Below the pieces are notes generated by a model, which was given only the letters and a program-made list of their open reading frames with translations, made no database searches and was not told the DNA's origin. Shown piece after piece: positions 1-26,797 of a stretch of 64,000 nucleotides of DNA; positions within the stretch are counted from its first letter, which is position 1; every line of letters starts with the position of its first letter. The stretch lies in NCBI RefSeq assembly GCF_009914755.1, contig NC_060947.1; one strand, 5' to 3'. The translations under genes and the position numbers were made by a program. The stretch comes from the human T2T-CHM13v2.0 reference genome, Homo sapiens.

Positions 1-898
1 TACTACTTCATAATGGAGGGAAGGAAGAGTATTCTGGAATGCAGGCGATCCCTTAGGGCATCTCTGAATATTACCATTCCCTGTGATTAAGGTCAATGAA
101 AAACTACAACCCAATCCAGGCAGGACTATAAATGGCCCAGACCCTTCAGGAATGAAGGTTTGGGTCACCCCACCAGGTAAGAACCATAGCCAGCTGAGGT
201 GCTTGCTGAAGGCAAAGGGAGTATGGAATGGCTAGTGGAAGAAGGTAGTTATGAACACCAGCTATGATCACATGACTGGTTACAGAAATGAAGATGGTAA
301 TTGGCATGAGTATTTCTTCCTTACTAAAAAATTCTTTTTGGCTGGGCACAGTGGCTCACGCCTGTAATCCCAGCACTTAAAGCACTTAGGGAGACTGAGA
401 CAGGTGGATCACTTGAGGTCAGGAGTTCAAGACCAGCCTGGCCAACATGGTGAAACCCTGTCTCTACTAAAAATACAAAATTAGCCAGGCGTGGCGGTGG
501 GTGCCTGTAATCCCAGCTACTTGGGAGGCTGAGGCAGGAGAATCGCTTGAACCCAAGAGGCAGGTTGACCTCAGGTGATCCATCTGCCTGGACTTCTCAA
601 AGTGCTGGGATTGCAGGCATGAGCCACCGCACCCGGCCCCCTTTCTTATTCTTATATCATGTAATTTAAGATGTATTAACTTTACATCATAGTATTTAAG
701 TTACACACTATCAAGGAAAAGAATAAATGTCACTCAAGGACTTCACATCTTTTGGAGAAGGGGTTAATGCATTTTTCAATTGTGCACAGGATAGTTGCAT
801 CATGTCAGGTGGAATTATGACCTTGTTATTGTCTTTATTGGAGATTAAGTATGGTTTAAAGGTATGTGTGTGGGTGTCTCGTTGGCAAGAGATGGATT
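1..898 (+). mobile_element. ERVL (HERVL/ERVL-B4-like) internal region, 3' end, interrupted by Alu 340-638
   Basis: Sequence such as 'ggcccagacccttcaggaatgaaggtttgggtcaccccaccagg' resembles the ERVL pol/dUTPase 3' region. It runs directly into an MLT2 LTR at 899. Confidence 0.75.
340..638. mobile_element. Fused Alu remnant: forward AluS (340-~567) joined to the 5' end of a reverse Alu (~566-638)
   Basis: The forward Alu stops at '...gaggcaggttg' and continues as 'tgacctcaggtgatc...gagccaccgcacccggcc'. Neither part has a poly(A) tail. Confidence 0.85.
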
Positions 899-1470
899 TG
901 TGATGGTTAATTCTATGTGTCAACTTGTCTAGGCTGCAGGATGCCTAGATACTTGGTCAGACGTGATTCAGAATGTGTCTGTGAGGATGTTTTTGGATGA
1001 GATTAACAGTTAAATCAGTAGACTGAGTAAAGAAGATTGCTAGCTCTAATGTGGGGTAGCAACATCCAATCAGTTGAAGGCCTGGATAGAACAAAAAGGC
1101 TGACCCCCCACCCCCGCCCGCCAGAAGAAAGACAGAATTCTGCCTGACTGTTTTCTAACTGGGACATTCGCTTTTTCCTGCCTTTGGACTCAAACTGAAA
1201 CATTGATTCTTCCTGGGTCTCAAGCCTGCTGGCCTTTAAGCTGGAACTACAGCATTGGTTCTCCTGGGTTTCAGGCCTTCAGACTTGGACTGAATACACC
1301 ATCAGCTCTCTTGGGTTTCCAGCTTGCCAACTCACCCTGCAGATCTTGGGACTTGTCAGCCTTGATGATTGTATGAGCCACTTGCTTATAATAGATCTCC
1401 CCCTGTATATGGACATGTATATATCTTTACAAGTTATTGTTTCTGTTTCTGGAGAATCCTAACTAATACA
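899..1470 (+). mobile_element. MLT2-family LTR (3' LTR of the ERVL)
   Basis: Starts 'tgtgatggttaattctatgtgtcaact' and ends 'ggagaatcctaactaataca', which are typical MLT2 termini (TG...CA). Confidence 0.85.
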
Positions 1471-1629
1471 ATGGGGAGGTGAACTGGAAGTTGAAGAGGT
1501 AGTGGTCAACAAGTGAAAACTTTGAAACTGAGGTTATGGAGAGGCTGCAGCTATTGTTAACCACAAGGTCAATGGTACAACAGTGGTGTGCGTGGCTGAA
1601 GTGGAGTGGGCACAGTATCAGTGGAGTAG

Positions 1630-2053
<424 letters not shown>

Positions 2054-2195
2054 TTTATTCTTTATTTTTTTTAAAAATAGAGACAAGGTCTTGCTGTGTT
2101 GCCCAGGCTGGTCTTGAACTCCTGGACTCAAGCAATCCTCCTGCCTTAGCCTCCCAAAGTTCTGGGATTACAGGTGTGAGTCACTGTGCCTGGCC
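2054..2195 (-). mobile_element. FLAM (free left Alu monomer)
   Basis: Single Alu monomer. TSD-like 'ttaatcc(c/a)cta' occurs at 1971 and 2196. Confidence 0.8.
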
Positions 2196-3123
2196 TTAAT
2201 CCACTATCAATGTGTATTTTGAAATCACCAAGAGTTCTGGACAAGAGAGGTATTGGAGAGGGTGACAGTGAGCTAGGGATAAACCAAAGGGGAGTGATGA
2301 GGGGCTTGGTAGATGACTGTGATGAAGATGAGTAGAAGGCTGTGGAGTCTAATGCTTGTGCCTCAGAGGAGCTGGGGGTGGGGGGTTCCTGAGGAGAGAG
2401 GGACCATGGTCTGGGAGGAGTGCATGAAGTGCATGGAGGACACTTATGCCTCTGGAATCACTGTGATGAGAGCTGTGGAAGAGAAAACTGGCCACTGCTT
2501 AAGAGTGATGCAGTATTGTCAAGGAAGACCCACTCATGTTCCCATTGGAGCAAGAAGGTGAGCTCAACCTTCAGAGAAGTATCCTTCAGCTCTAGACTAA
2601 TGGATTCTGCTGATGACTGAGTGTGAGTTCCAGAAGGCAAAGTCTCAGGATATGGGTCAGAAAAGGGCATTTGAAGACTTACATTTCCAACCATGATGGA
2701 GTAACAGGGACTGGATTTACTCCCCTGCCTTAAACAACTAAGAAACCAGGTAAAATATGTGAAACAAAGGTTTCCAGACATTAGACAACAGGAAGCATGG
2801 GACCATGATCCCATGAGAGAAGAGAAACAACTGAGTGAACCATATGATGGCCTGGAGAGAGTTTCCAGGCGTATGTTGGTTGCGGGGGCGGGGCGGTGAG
2901 GAGGACTAAAAAAGAGCCTTGTGGCCTCTCTGAGTTTAGATGACATAGTTAAATGAGTTTCTGGCAGTGACAGCAGCCAGAATACACAGGGCAGCCCAGA
3001 GTACCATAGAGGAGAGCGCTGCACACAGAGAGAAAGCTCTGGAGATCTATAGGGGGTTCCTTTCAAGCCTTCAGCTGAATTCTGATCAGCACACATATAT
3101 GAGGAAACTATCTGAAGTCCAGG

Positions 3124-4125
<1,002 letters not shown>

Positions 4126-4286
4126 TAGGGAAAGGCCAATGCAAAGGATCAGGAGGAATAATAATCCTCAGAGCCAGGAATACTTTATCTCCACACTAGC
4201 CTGAGTGGAGAAACCTCCTAACACATAAGACATTGAGTAGAAAGCTCAGGATGGTATTGCCTCAGTACCAAACTAGCTTTAGACTA

Positions 4287-4868
<582 letters not shown>

Positions 4869-4926
4869 AAAAACAAAACAAAAAAATTTTTAAGTACAAA
4901 AAAGTCAGCACCCAATAAGGTAATAT

Positions 4927-5710
4927 TGATATGGGAGTGGGGTAGGGAAGTGCTGGGTAGAGAAGGGTGGGTCCCTGGCTAGGGGTCCCACCCTGGGGTT
5001 GTGCCCACGGACCTAGGTAAGAACAGGCATTTCTGTTTTTATGCCCAAATGTTGCATTTCCCAAGACCACCCTGGCCTGTCACGCCCCCATCCTGCGCCT
5101 ATAAAAACCCCGAGACCCTAGGGGGCACAGACACAAACAGCTGGACATCAAGAAGAGCACACCTGCAGAAGAGCACACCAACAGGCACCGGCAGATGCCG
5201 GCAGGCCATCAACTGGTGGAATGACACGGAGTTTGGCTGGGGGTTGGAGGAGAGTCTGGCTGCTGGGCGGCCCAACTCCAGGAGAAAACCACCTTCCCAC
5301 TGTATCCCCCTTCTGGCCTCCCTATCCACCTTGCTGAGAGCTACCACCACTCAATAAAAAACCTTGCACTCTTTCTCCAAGCCCACATGTGATCCGGTTC
5401 TTCCAGTACACCAAGGCAAGAACCCTGGGATACAGAAAGCCCTCTGTCCTTGGGATAAGGCAAAGGGTCTAATTGAGCTGATTAACACAAACTGCCTACA
5501 GACAGCAAAACTAAAAGAGCATTCTGTAACACATGCCCACTGGGGCTTCAGCTGTAAACATTCACTCCTAGACACTGCCGTGGGGCTGGAGCCCCACAAC
5601 CTGCCCATCTGCATGCTCCCCCTAGAGGTTTGAGCAGTGGTGCACCAAAGAAGCGAGCCACACCCCGCTCTCACACCCTGCTAAGGGGATAGGGAACTTT
5701 TCCCGTTTCA
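4927..5710 (+). mobile_element. LTR1-family solo LTR (ERV1)
   Basis: TGAT...TTTCA termini and a 4-bp TSD ATAT (4923-4926, 5711-5714). It has a TATA-like 'ctataaaaa' at ~5100 and AATAAA at ~5353. Confidence 0.8.
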
Positions 5711-6631
5711 ATATTTACATCTGACGCCCAATAAAAAATTATCAAGCATGCAAAGAAACAGGAAAATACAACCCATAATGAGGGGAAAAATAATCCACAG
5801 AACATGACCCAGAAATGATCCAGATGATAGAATGAGTAGAAAAAGGACGTGAAAACAGCTGTTATAAATATATTCCATACATTCAAGAAGGTATAGGAGC
5901 GGGGAATGGTGGCATGTGCCTGTAGTCCTAGCTACTCGGGAGGCTGAGGCAGGGGGATCATGTGAGCCCAGGAGTTTGAGGCTGCAGTGAGCTGTGATCA
6001 CAGCTCTGCTGTACTCCAGCCTGGGTGACAGAGTGAGACCCTGTCTCTCTCTCTTAAAAAAAAAAAAAGGCATAGGAAAGCATGAGTATGACTGAAATCG
6101 AGCACCAAAGGAAGACCCTTCCCTGTTGTCCCTGCACCCACCTTAGTTCAGGGTTGAGATCAGTCCTTGGAGAGAATACGGCTGTGACTCTTTGAATGGC
6201 AGAATTTGCTGGAAATCTGCTTGCTGGAACTTGCCAGAAATCCACCATCTAGAGTGCCAGTGAAAGCTGTTCATGGGGAGGTGTCTCACTGGAGGCACTC
6301 TGCCACAAAACTACCTGAGGGAGAGTGCCAGGGGATGTTGCTGGCTACTGGGTGCTGTTGGCTGCCCTGCACTACAAAAGCTGGAAAATGGAGAAGCTGT
6401 GAGTCCTTCAGGAGCCAGAGGCAAACTGCTACTAACCCATCTGATGGGGAATTCCAGAGGGAGGCTGCTGGCTACTGGGTGCTGCTGGTCACCACACACT
6501 GTGGGAGCCAGGCACTGGAGAAGTTGTAGGACTCTGTTGCTATAGAAAGCTGCAGACACTGCAGTAACCTGCAAAGTGGGCACTCCAGCACCGGGAAGCA
6601 AAACCTTTTTCCTTCTTGAAATGTCTCTCCA

Positions 6632-6645
6632 GTGCCCTCTACTGG
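6632..6645 (-). promoter_or_regulatory. CTCF core motif in the LTR41-like 3' LTR
   Basis: The minus strand CCAGTAGAGGGCAC matches the consensus CCASYAGRKGGCRS at all 14 positions. Confidence 0.55.
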
Positions 6646-7468
6646 CAAAGCTTCAGTGCCAGGTGGCAAAGGAAACAAGTAAAGGGACCAGATCTGTTTT
6701 CACAGAGCAGGCAGAAGAGTGAATTTGAAGCTGAGAGGTAAAAATTGGTAAGTGGTACAGTCCACCCCTTTGACTTCTTGGCTTTCATGTGCACATATTT
6801 GAATTCTTGTACAACAAAACAGCTTGGGCGAGGTGGGAGGATCATTCGAGGCCAGGAGTTTGAGGTTATAGTGAGCTATGATCCCGCCATTGCACTCCAG
6901 CTTGGGTGACAGTGCAATACTCTGTCTCAAAAAAAAGAGAATAACACAACTTTACTCCTACCCAACAAGATATAGCTATCCTTCTTACAAGGGAGGAAGT
7001 TGTTACCCTTTCACCCAAATGAGAAGACACATCACTTTCTGTATTAATTACTCCTCAAATTTAGCCATGGTCCTGCTGATATCCTAGTACCTAAAGAGTA
7101 AATTGTAAAATTACCTTCCAACTTCTTGTATATAAAATAAAAATGGGAAAAAGAGAAAAAGAACATGGCTAGATTATGCAAATAAACACATACATATAAC
7201 AAGCAGAAGGCAAATGAGGAAAGGTAATATAGTACTCATTTCTGTAATTGATCTCAAGGCTGTAATTGACATCTATGGCTTCCTTCTTCTGTTATTATCC
7301 ATTCTGCATTTCCCCTGCCTTCATTCAGAACCTCAGATGCTCTTTTCTACCTGAAGGAGTCACCCAAACTTTCATTCTGGAAGGGTCTGAGTACTTGATC
7401 ATCCTGCCTGTTTTGAGTTACTAGAGTTTAACCTTTTAATGGAGTTTAACCATTAATCTTTACTATGG

Positions 7469-7785
<317 letters not shown>

Positions 7786-9752
7786 CTTTACTATTAGGCA
7801 TGGAAGTACTAAGAGGCACCCCAGATAATTCTCCGGGTTGCAAACATGGTCCTCTTTGCCTCCCTTGTGTAGCAACAGCTCAACTTCCACTTGGTAATTA
7901 GGATCAATCACTCGAGCCAGTAAATTAAGTCTTACCTCATCCCCTTTTTTGGCTTGTGGTTTCATTGGCATAAGGAGCCCAAAATGTCACACATTTTTCA
8001 CTTTCCAATTCACTGGAATTATTGTTGTGTCCCCTGGAAGAAACAGTCTCCCTTTGAGGACTAAGATCTCCAAACTAGCAAAGCTCAAAATTGCTGAGAC
8101 AGGAAGCAAAAATTCTGTGAGTAGGTTATTAGTTGTAATAATGAGAGGAGCTACTCCTACTTCTACCCCTTGGTTTCAGGACCCATTTATTCTGGCTATG
8201 GGAGAGATAGTGCTGTATAATAGTCTCTAGCTCAAAGTATATATTACATTCCAAAAAATAGTATACCATTGTTTCAAGATGTTATTTCCCAACTGGCATC
8301 AAAACCAAGTTTCAGTAAGCCATTTCACCCTTCAAGTAGGCCAGCTACTCTAACATGATGTGGTATGTGGTAAGACCAGTTAATTCCATAGGCATGAGTC
8401 CATTGCTGCACTTACTTTGCTGCGAACCAGAAGCAAAGCCGTGCAGAAGAGTCTACAGATGGTAGTGCTGGCACAAGGATTATGGGCAGAGTAGGGAAAA
8501 CTATATCCAGAAAATACATCTGTTTCTGTGAGACTGAATCTCTGTCCCCCTCCATGATGGAAGACTTCCAATGTAATCAACCTGTCACCAGGTGGTTGGC
8601 TGGTCCCCATAGGGAATAGTGCCATATCAGGGACTCAATTTTGGTTGATGCTGTTGGCAGATTAGGCACTCAGCAACCATGCCACCCTTGGTAAGGGGAA
8701 GTCCATGTTGTTGAGCCCAGGCATAGTCTCTGTCCCTGCCCATGGCCTATTTCTTTATGGGCCCATTGAGCAAATACTGGAGTGGCTGGTGAAAGAGGCT
8801 GATGCACATCAACAGACCACATCATTTTGTCCCCTGGATTCATAACAGTCTCCTATGCAATGTATGCCTTTTGGTGGGCATTCACATAGGACTCAAATAT
8901 CTTCAGTCTGTCCCCACTCAGAGAAGGCTGGTCACATTTCTCTTCCTCAGACTTCCTTGTCGCCAATCTTTCAATCTTGTTCTTTTCAAGTCCCTAACTA
9001 CATGTCAGTGTAGATCTATACTTCTGACTATCTCTTACTCCACACATAGTGGACAACTAAACATACTGTTCAGTGTTCTGCCCACTGGAGAGGATCTTCC
9101 TTCACCATTGTCATCCAGTCACCCCTGAGTACAGTTGTAGTGCTGCATCTGTCTACTTTTGGATGGTACCAGTATAACATGCAGACCCATATATAAGGTA
9201 GGCTTCAGTTTTCCTTCCTCAGTCAAGTGGTCATAGGAACACTCTGTGATATCATAGGCATGGATTGAAGGAGAGGAGGCAAAGCAACAGGAGTTGGTGT
9301 CAAAAGAGTCTGAATTATCTGCTCATGCAACTTACTTGTACCTACTGGACCTGCTCAACTTAGTCTTTTATGTACCATTTTCATCCAATAATAGATTGCT
9401 GCTATGCATGCCTAAGCTTATGGCTATGTGGGTCAAAGAAGACACCAGTTCATGATGAGAGTCTCAGGCTGTATGGTCACCTAATATCTCATGGTTAGGT
9501 GTTTCAATCTCTGCCAAGGCCCAGCAGTAAGCCAGAGCTGTTTCTTGAAAGGAGAATAGTTTTCTGCGAAAGAGAGCACATACTTGCTCTAAAGTCCTAG
9601 AGGCTTACCCTGTGATTCTCTCATTGGTGCTTGCTAGAAACTCCATACAATATTCTTATTTGTCACAGACACTTCATGGGATCTGCTGGGTCAAGTGGAA
9701 GAGCAGCTTGTATTGCAGTCTGAATTGCAGAGCTTTCTCTTGTCTGGTTCTA

Positions 9753-10553
<801 letters not shown>

Positions 10554-10620
10554 CTATTTAACTCTTAGAAACTTCATTGAGGTGGCAGGCCCCTGAATTT
10601 TTGTGAGGTTTATACCCAAC

Positions 10621-11955
<1,335 letters not shown>

Positions 11956-13285
11956 CCTTTCATTCTTAATAAGACGTCTAAACTATTTGCTCCTTTCTGC
12001 TCACCAGATCCAATCTACATGTCATCAGTGTAGTGGCCCAGTGTGATGTTTAATTGAGTATCAAGATGAGCCATATCTCTGCCGACTATATCATGGCAGA
12101 GAGCAGAATTGACACAGCCCTGAGGCAACACCGTAAAGTTATGCTCTTGTTCTTGCCAGGTAAAAGCAAATGGTTTCTGGTAGTCTTTGAAAATTGGTGC
12201 AGAGAAAAGGTCATCAGTCAGGCCAGTACCTGCATACCAAGTGCCAGGGGTTGTGTTGAGTTGTTCCAGTAAATATACTATATCTGGGACAGGAGCTACA
12301 AGTGAAGTCAGCATCTAATTAAGTTTATAGTAGTCTGCAGTCATTCTCCAAGATTCATCTAACTTTTGCACTGGTCAAACTGGTGAGTTAAATGGAGATG
12401 TGATAGGTGTCACCACCCCTACTTCTTTCAAGTCTTTTCTGGTGCCATTAATCTCTGCATTCCCCTCGGTATGCATTATTGCTTCTGGTTTACTAGCTTT
12501 CAAAGGAGTGGATGTTCCAGGGGCTTTGGCTTAGCCGTTCTTACTGTAATGGCCCTCACCCCGTGGATCAGCAAACTGATGTGGGGGTTATGCCAGTTTC
12601 TTTTTTTGGGAGTGGGAGGACAGAGTCTGTCTCTGTCACCCAGGCTAGAGTGCAGTGGCACGATCGCAGCTCACTGCAGCCTCAACCTCCTGGGCTCAAG
12701 TGACCCTCCCACCTCAGCCTCCTGAGTAGCTGGGGCCACAGGCAGGTGCCACCACACCCAGCTAATTTTTACAATTTTTTTGTAGGGATGGGGTCTTGCT
12801 GTGTTACCCAGGCTGGTCTTGGAACTCCTGGGCTCAAGCTATCTTCCCACCTCAGCCTCCCAAAGTGCTGAGATTATAGGTGTGAGCCACCACGCTCATC
12901 CAGTTATGCCAGTTTCTAAGTATGTTTATTCCAATGATAAATTCAGGAAGTGGGAAAATAACTATAAGGTGGGCCACTGGACCAACTGGGCCCAATGTGA
13001 ATCAAACCTGAGCTAAGACTATTACCTGACCACCCTAAAGCCCCTGCTTTGATGGACCACAATGGCATTGTGGGTCCCCAGGAATTAGTGTCAATTCAGA
13101 GCCAGTATCTAGTAATTCTCAAAAGTTCTAGGTATTTCCTTTTCCCCAAGGTACAGTCACTCTAGTAAATGGCCACAGGTCCCTTTCAGGAAGGCTTGGA
13201 GGAAGATTTACAGTATGTTTGTGTGGCAATGGTGCAGGCTTCTCCCTCAAGAGGACCTGGCTGCCCCTTCAATAAAGGGGCTCTA

Positions 13286-13962
<677 letters not shown>

Positions 13963-14993
13963 TTAAATGCTGCCACTTGACCTCTGTTACTTTGGTACTC
14001 CATGAACCCCACTGAAACCAGGGAGCCCATCCCTTACAGTCATACCTTGCCTACAAAGAAGAGCAGCCATAGAGCTTTCCAAGGATGCAGGTGTTTTTCT
14101 CAGTAATGGATTTCTCAATGCCTTGGTGAAGGGAGTGTCTTTCAACCATTTTCATGGAACATAGTTAGGAGTTGTGGGCAAGTCGAACATAATAAATCTC
14201 CAACATTCCTATCCCCTTAAGCCTTTGGATTCCCTTTCCCATATCACACCAGGGCAGCTCAGGCTTCTCAACTTAATTAACTGTAGGGCCATAATTGAGT
14301 CCAAGCTTCAGGCAATCAACCAAATAAGCTCTTAAAGCTACCTCCAGCTGCATAAGCTGACACTTTAAATACAGAGTCTCTAATAAGTGTACTTATCTCA
14401 ATGAATTCTGCCCTATCTAGTATTATATTTTGCTCTCCTTTGTCTAATAACCTTGGAAACCACTTCTGCATATATTCCCTATATTTCTGTCAATGTATAT
14501 TAGCAATCTTACAATGCTTTTGGTGTATAAGCTGCTTCCTCCTTGTTCATAGTGTGCACTTGTTCCCCTGGACCATGCTGAGATTTAACCTTAATTATTG
14601 GTCTTGTGGCAATAGGGGGTGGTCGTGGCAGGAAGAGGGGAGAATGGGCATTCCCTTTCAAGGCATCCTCCCCAGGTCAGTTTATCTCAGTGTTTTCAAG
14701 GAGAGAAAGACTAGTCTCAGACACTGAAACACTGAAGGACAAGCTATTTCTATTAGTACGGGAGACTCAGAGTGACTTGGTAGTTCAAGATTGTCAGTTT
14801 CATCTGAGACCAAACAGATGCCCCTCCAGATCCAAGTTTCAGGATCCCATTCTTTATCTTTCACATGAGAGACTTGTCAAGACTGTGAGTTCAACTTGCA
14901 CTGCACAATTAAATGTTGTGTTTGATTGTCAGTAGTATCAGCCCATTAGGCATCATGAAAGTTCTCTGGTTCTCAGACTGTGACTTGAGCTGA

Positions 14994-15641
<648 letters not shown>

Positions 15642-16105
15642 CCATCATTTTCTCTTTGTAAGTGCTCAAGTGCATTCAGAACAATCCATCCCACAACACA
15701 GTCCTTATAGTCACGATTGCTGTCATGGTGGTCAAGTGCGGCAGTCATTTGGGCTCCCAAGGCATGTGCTTCAGTTGGCACTTCATCACAATCAACCCTA
15801 GGTTAATTAATTGTGATGCCTCTTTATGCCAGGGATTATTAGCATCCATTTCTCATTGGCAAAGAGTTCAGCACTATGCTCAAGCCCAGAGCATGAACAA
15901 ACCAATCCCCAAGTCCAATCTCTCCAGGTACATTTCCTGGGACCGTTCCTGGCAACAATTCTGTATCAGTCTTAGTCCAGTTAGGAGACAGAATGACACA
16001 GGAATTTGAGCAGAGAAAGTTTAATATAAGAATTTACCCCTGGGCTAGGCATGGTGGCTCACACCTGTAATCCCAGCACTTTGAGAGGCTGAGGCAGGTG
16101 GATCA

Positions 16106-16396
<291 letters not shown>

Positions 16397-17074
16397 CTAT
16401 AACAGGGATTTAGAATAACAAGGGATTGGCTACTAAGATGTAAGAAGATCTCTAAAGAATACAGGAATAACAGATATAAGGCGTAGTCACCATCCCTAGG
16501 CTGAGACAGAACACCGATGAGGCTGAGATCCAGAGCTTGTTGGAAAAACCATGGCTGTAGTTACTGAATGGTAGAGAAGTTCATTGTGGTGCTGCACTGA
16601 TGGAAGTTGTTGGAAATCTACCCTCTGGAAATCTGTTAGCTATGGTGCTGGGGAAAGCTGTTCGCTGCTGAGTGCTGCTGGTATCTGTCCACTGCAGGAG
16701 CCCGGCACTGGGGAAGCTGTGAGTGCTGTGGGATCCAGAGGCACTCTGCTACAAAACTGAGAGTGAGTGCTGGAGGAAGGGGAAAGCTGCTGGTCACTGG
16801 GTGCTATTGGCCACCATGCACTGTAGGAACCAGGCACTGGAAAGGCTGTGAGCACTGGAGGAGTTAAAAAAAGCCAGGCAGCGGGAGCCTGCCGAGTGAG
16901 CACAGGAATCAGGAAGGAGGCCCCTTTTCCTTTTGCAATATCTCTCCAGCACCCTCTGAGAAAGCTTCAGTGGCAGCTGGCAAAGGAAAAAATAGTTAAA
17001 ATATGTTCCATTTTCACAGAGCAGACAGAAAGTTGAATTTGAAGTTGAGAGGCAATAAATCAATAACCAGCATA

Positions 17075-20520
<3,446 letters not shown>

Positions 20521-20549
20521 AAGAATAAAAAAATAAAAAATTAACTGCT

Positions 20550-21720
20550 TTCATGAGAGACAGGACCAGAATTTAAAACTATTCAATCCCACTGGGACCA
20601 TCTGTTTTCTGTCGTCAACACACTGCAGCTAAAGCTATACAATGTTAAAACACCCTCCATCTAGGCCCAGGGACTATCACGGAAGAGATGGGCATGTGAG
20701 ATTATAAGGGCTGGTTTTGAGGGATGCAATTAGTTCAGACCCTCCAAATCAAGGAAAGACACACAGATGCTTAAACAGCTGACAAACTGAGGAACTTTGC
20801 CTCTCTAAATTTCTTAACTCAAATGAGTTTAACAAAATATTAATGTTTTATATACCTAATTACTAAAAGTCAATAGCTAAGACCAGGATTCAATTCTATA
20901 AACTTACCTTTTTTTTTTTTTTTTGGACAGGGTCTCTCTCTGTTGCCCAGAATGGAGTGCAGTGGCAGGATCTTGGCTTATGGCTCACTGCAGCCTCGAC
21001 TTCTTGGGCTCAAGCCATCCTCTCGCCTCAGCCTCCCGAGTAGCTGGGACTACAGGTGTGTACCACCACACACAGCTAATTTTTGTATTTTCTGTAGAGA
21101 TGGGGTTTCACCATGTTGCCACGCTGGTCTGGAACTCCTGAGCTCAAGTGATCTGCCCACCTTTGTCTCCCAAAGTGCTGGGATTGTAGGTGTGAGCCAC
21201 TGCACCTGGCCACCTTATTTTTTTGGCTTTTGGCTTTTGACAGATATTACTTAAAAGGTTTTAAGGGTTAATGAATGTCTGCCCACCTCCACTCCCATCT
21301 GCCCTAAAACATTTAATTGGCTATCATTCTTTTGGCTCTAAGTCCCTTGGCCACAGGGGTCTTACCAAGGGACAAGGTGGACTCAGGCTAGGTAGCTGCA
21401 CCACCCTAACGATGATATGGGACAAAATTAAAAATTTGGCTATCAGTGCTGCCTCTGACAAATCTTGGCCACAAAAGGGGAAATGTAAATGAAAAATAAA
21501 ACCCTAAGTCCCCTCAGCCAATGGAATGGACCCTCTTTTAGCTGAGGACTCCCCCAAAAGCTTAAAACTGAGTTCCAGTCATAATAGGACAGGAGGTCAG
21601 ACACACCTCATTATACCCCCTCTCTTTTATGGTTTAGACACAACAGCTGACCAGCATTAATGTTAAGATCTCTAGAGATCAGATCATAAAACTGACAAAA
21701 CAGGCTCTGTCAAATAAAAT
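20550..21720 (+). mobile_element. MER4-group internal 3' region plus MER4-type LTR start (21484-~21720)
   Basis: PPT 'aaaaggggaaa' is followed by 'tgtaaatgaaaaataaaaccctaagtcccc...gaccagcattaatgttaa'. Confidence 0.65.
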
Positions 21721-21772
21721 CTCATGGCTACCCCAAGGTTTTCAGTCTGTTTTACAAGGACTTTTAAAATCT

Positions 21773-25420
<3,648 letters not shown>

Positions 25421-26016
25421 CAACAAAAAACACTAATAAAAGAGTAAAATTGGTTTTCTCTTCACGTGGTATTAATAATAGATAAAATATTTTGTTCACC
25501 TTTTGTGTAAACTGCAAAAAAAAAAGTGGAGAGAGAAACAGATTCTGTGTGTGTTGTGCTGTCTTTATTAGGTATATTTATATGAATATGTTATTAATAT
25601 GTGTTCCAGAATTGTATGGGATTCCTAAAAATTGATATGTCTTGATATATGTTATCTGTCATAACTATGATTATTATGTTAAATTGTTGTAAGCCCATAG
25701 AACATAACCAAATGTATTTGTCAAGTGTGTCTTTAACCATACCTTTAAAAATTTTATTGTCCATAGTTAATAGCTTTATTCTGATACTTCTAAAAGTATA
25801 CTTTATAAGCAAGTATAATGTTAAAGTTTTGTGTCTTCATGGAGGTTCATGAAAAGGATAAAAAGAATCTGATGAGTATTCTGAAATAAAGACACTGAAA
25901 TATAGACCTCTGGTGATGACTTTCATATTATTCAATAGTACTGGATAAGAATTTCAAAAACTCCAGTGGAAAAAACTGGACTCATAAAACTGCTAATGCA
26001 GCAACAAGCACAATAA

Positions 26017-26663
<647 letters not shown>

Positions 26664-26797
26664 TAAGCTATCTATATAGCTTTACAGCAATTTGGTAAAG
26701 TATACTTTTGTCAACAAAATTGAAACATTAACCTTTCTCTCTACCTGACCTCTTCAGAATTTGGAAACTATTTGTGAGTATGCTTATTGTATGGCAA

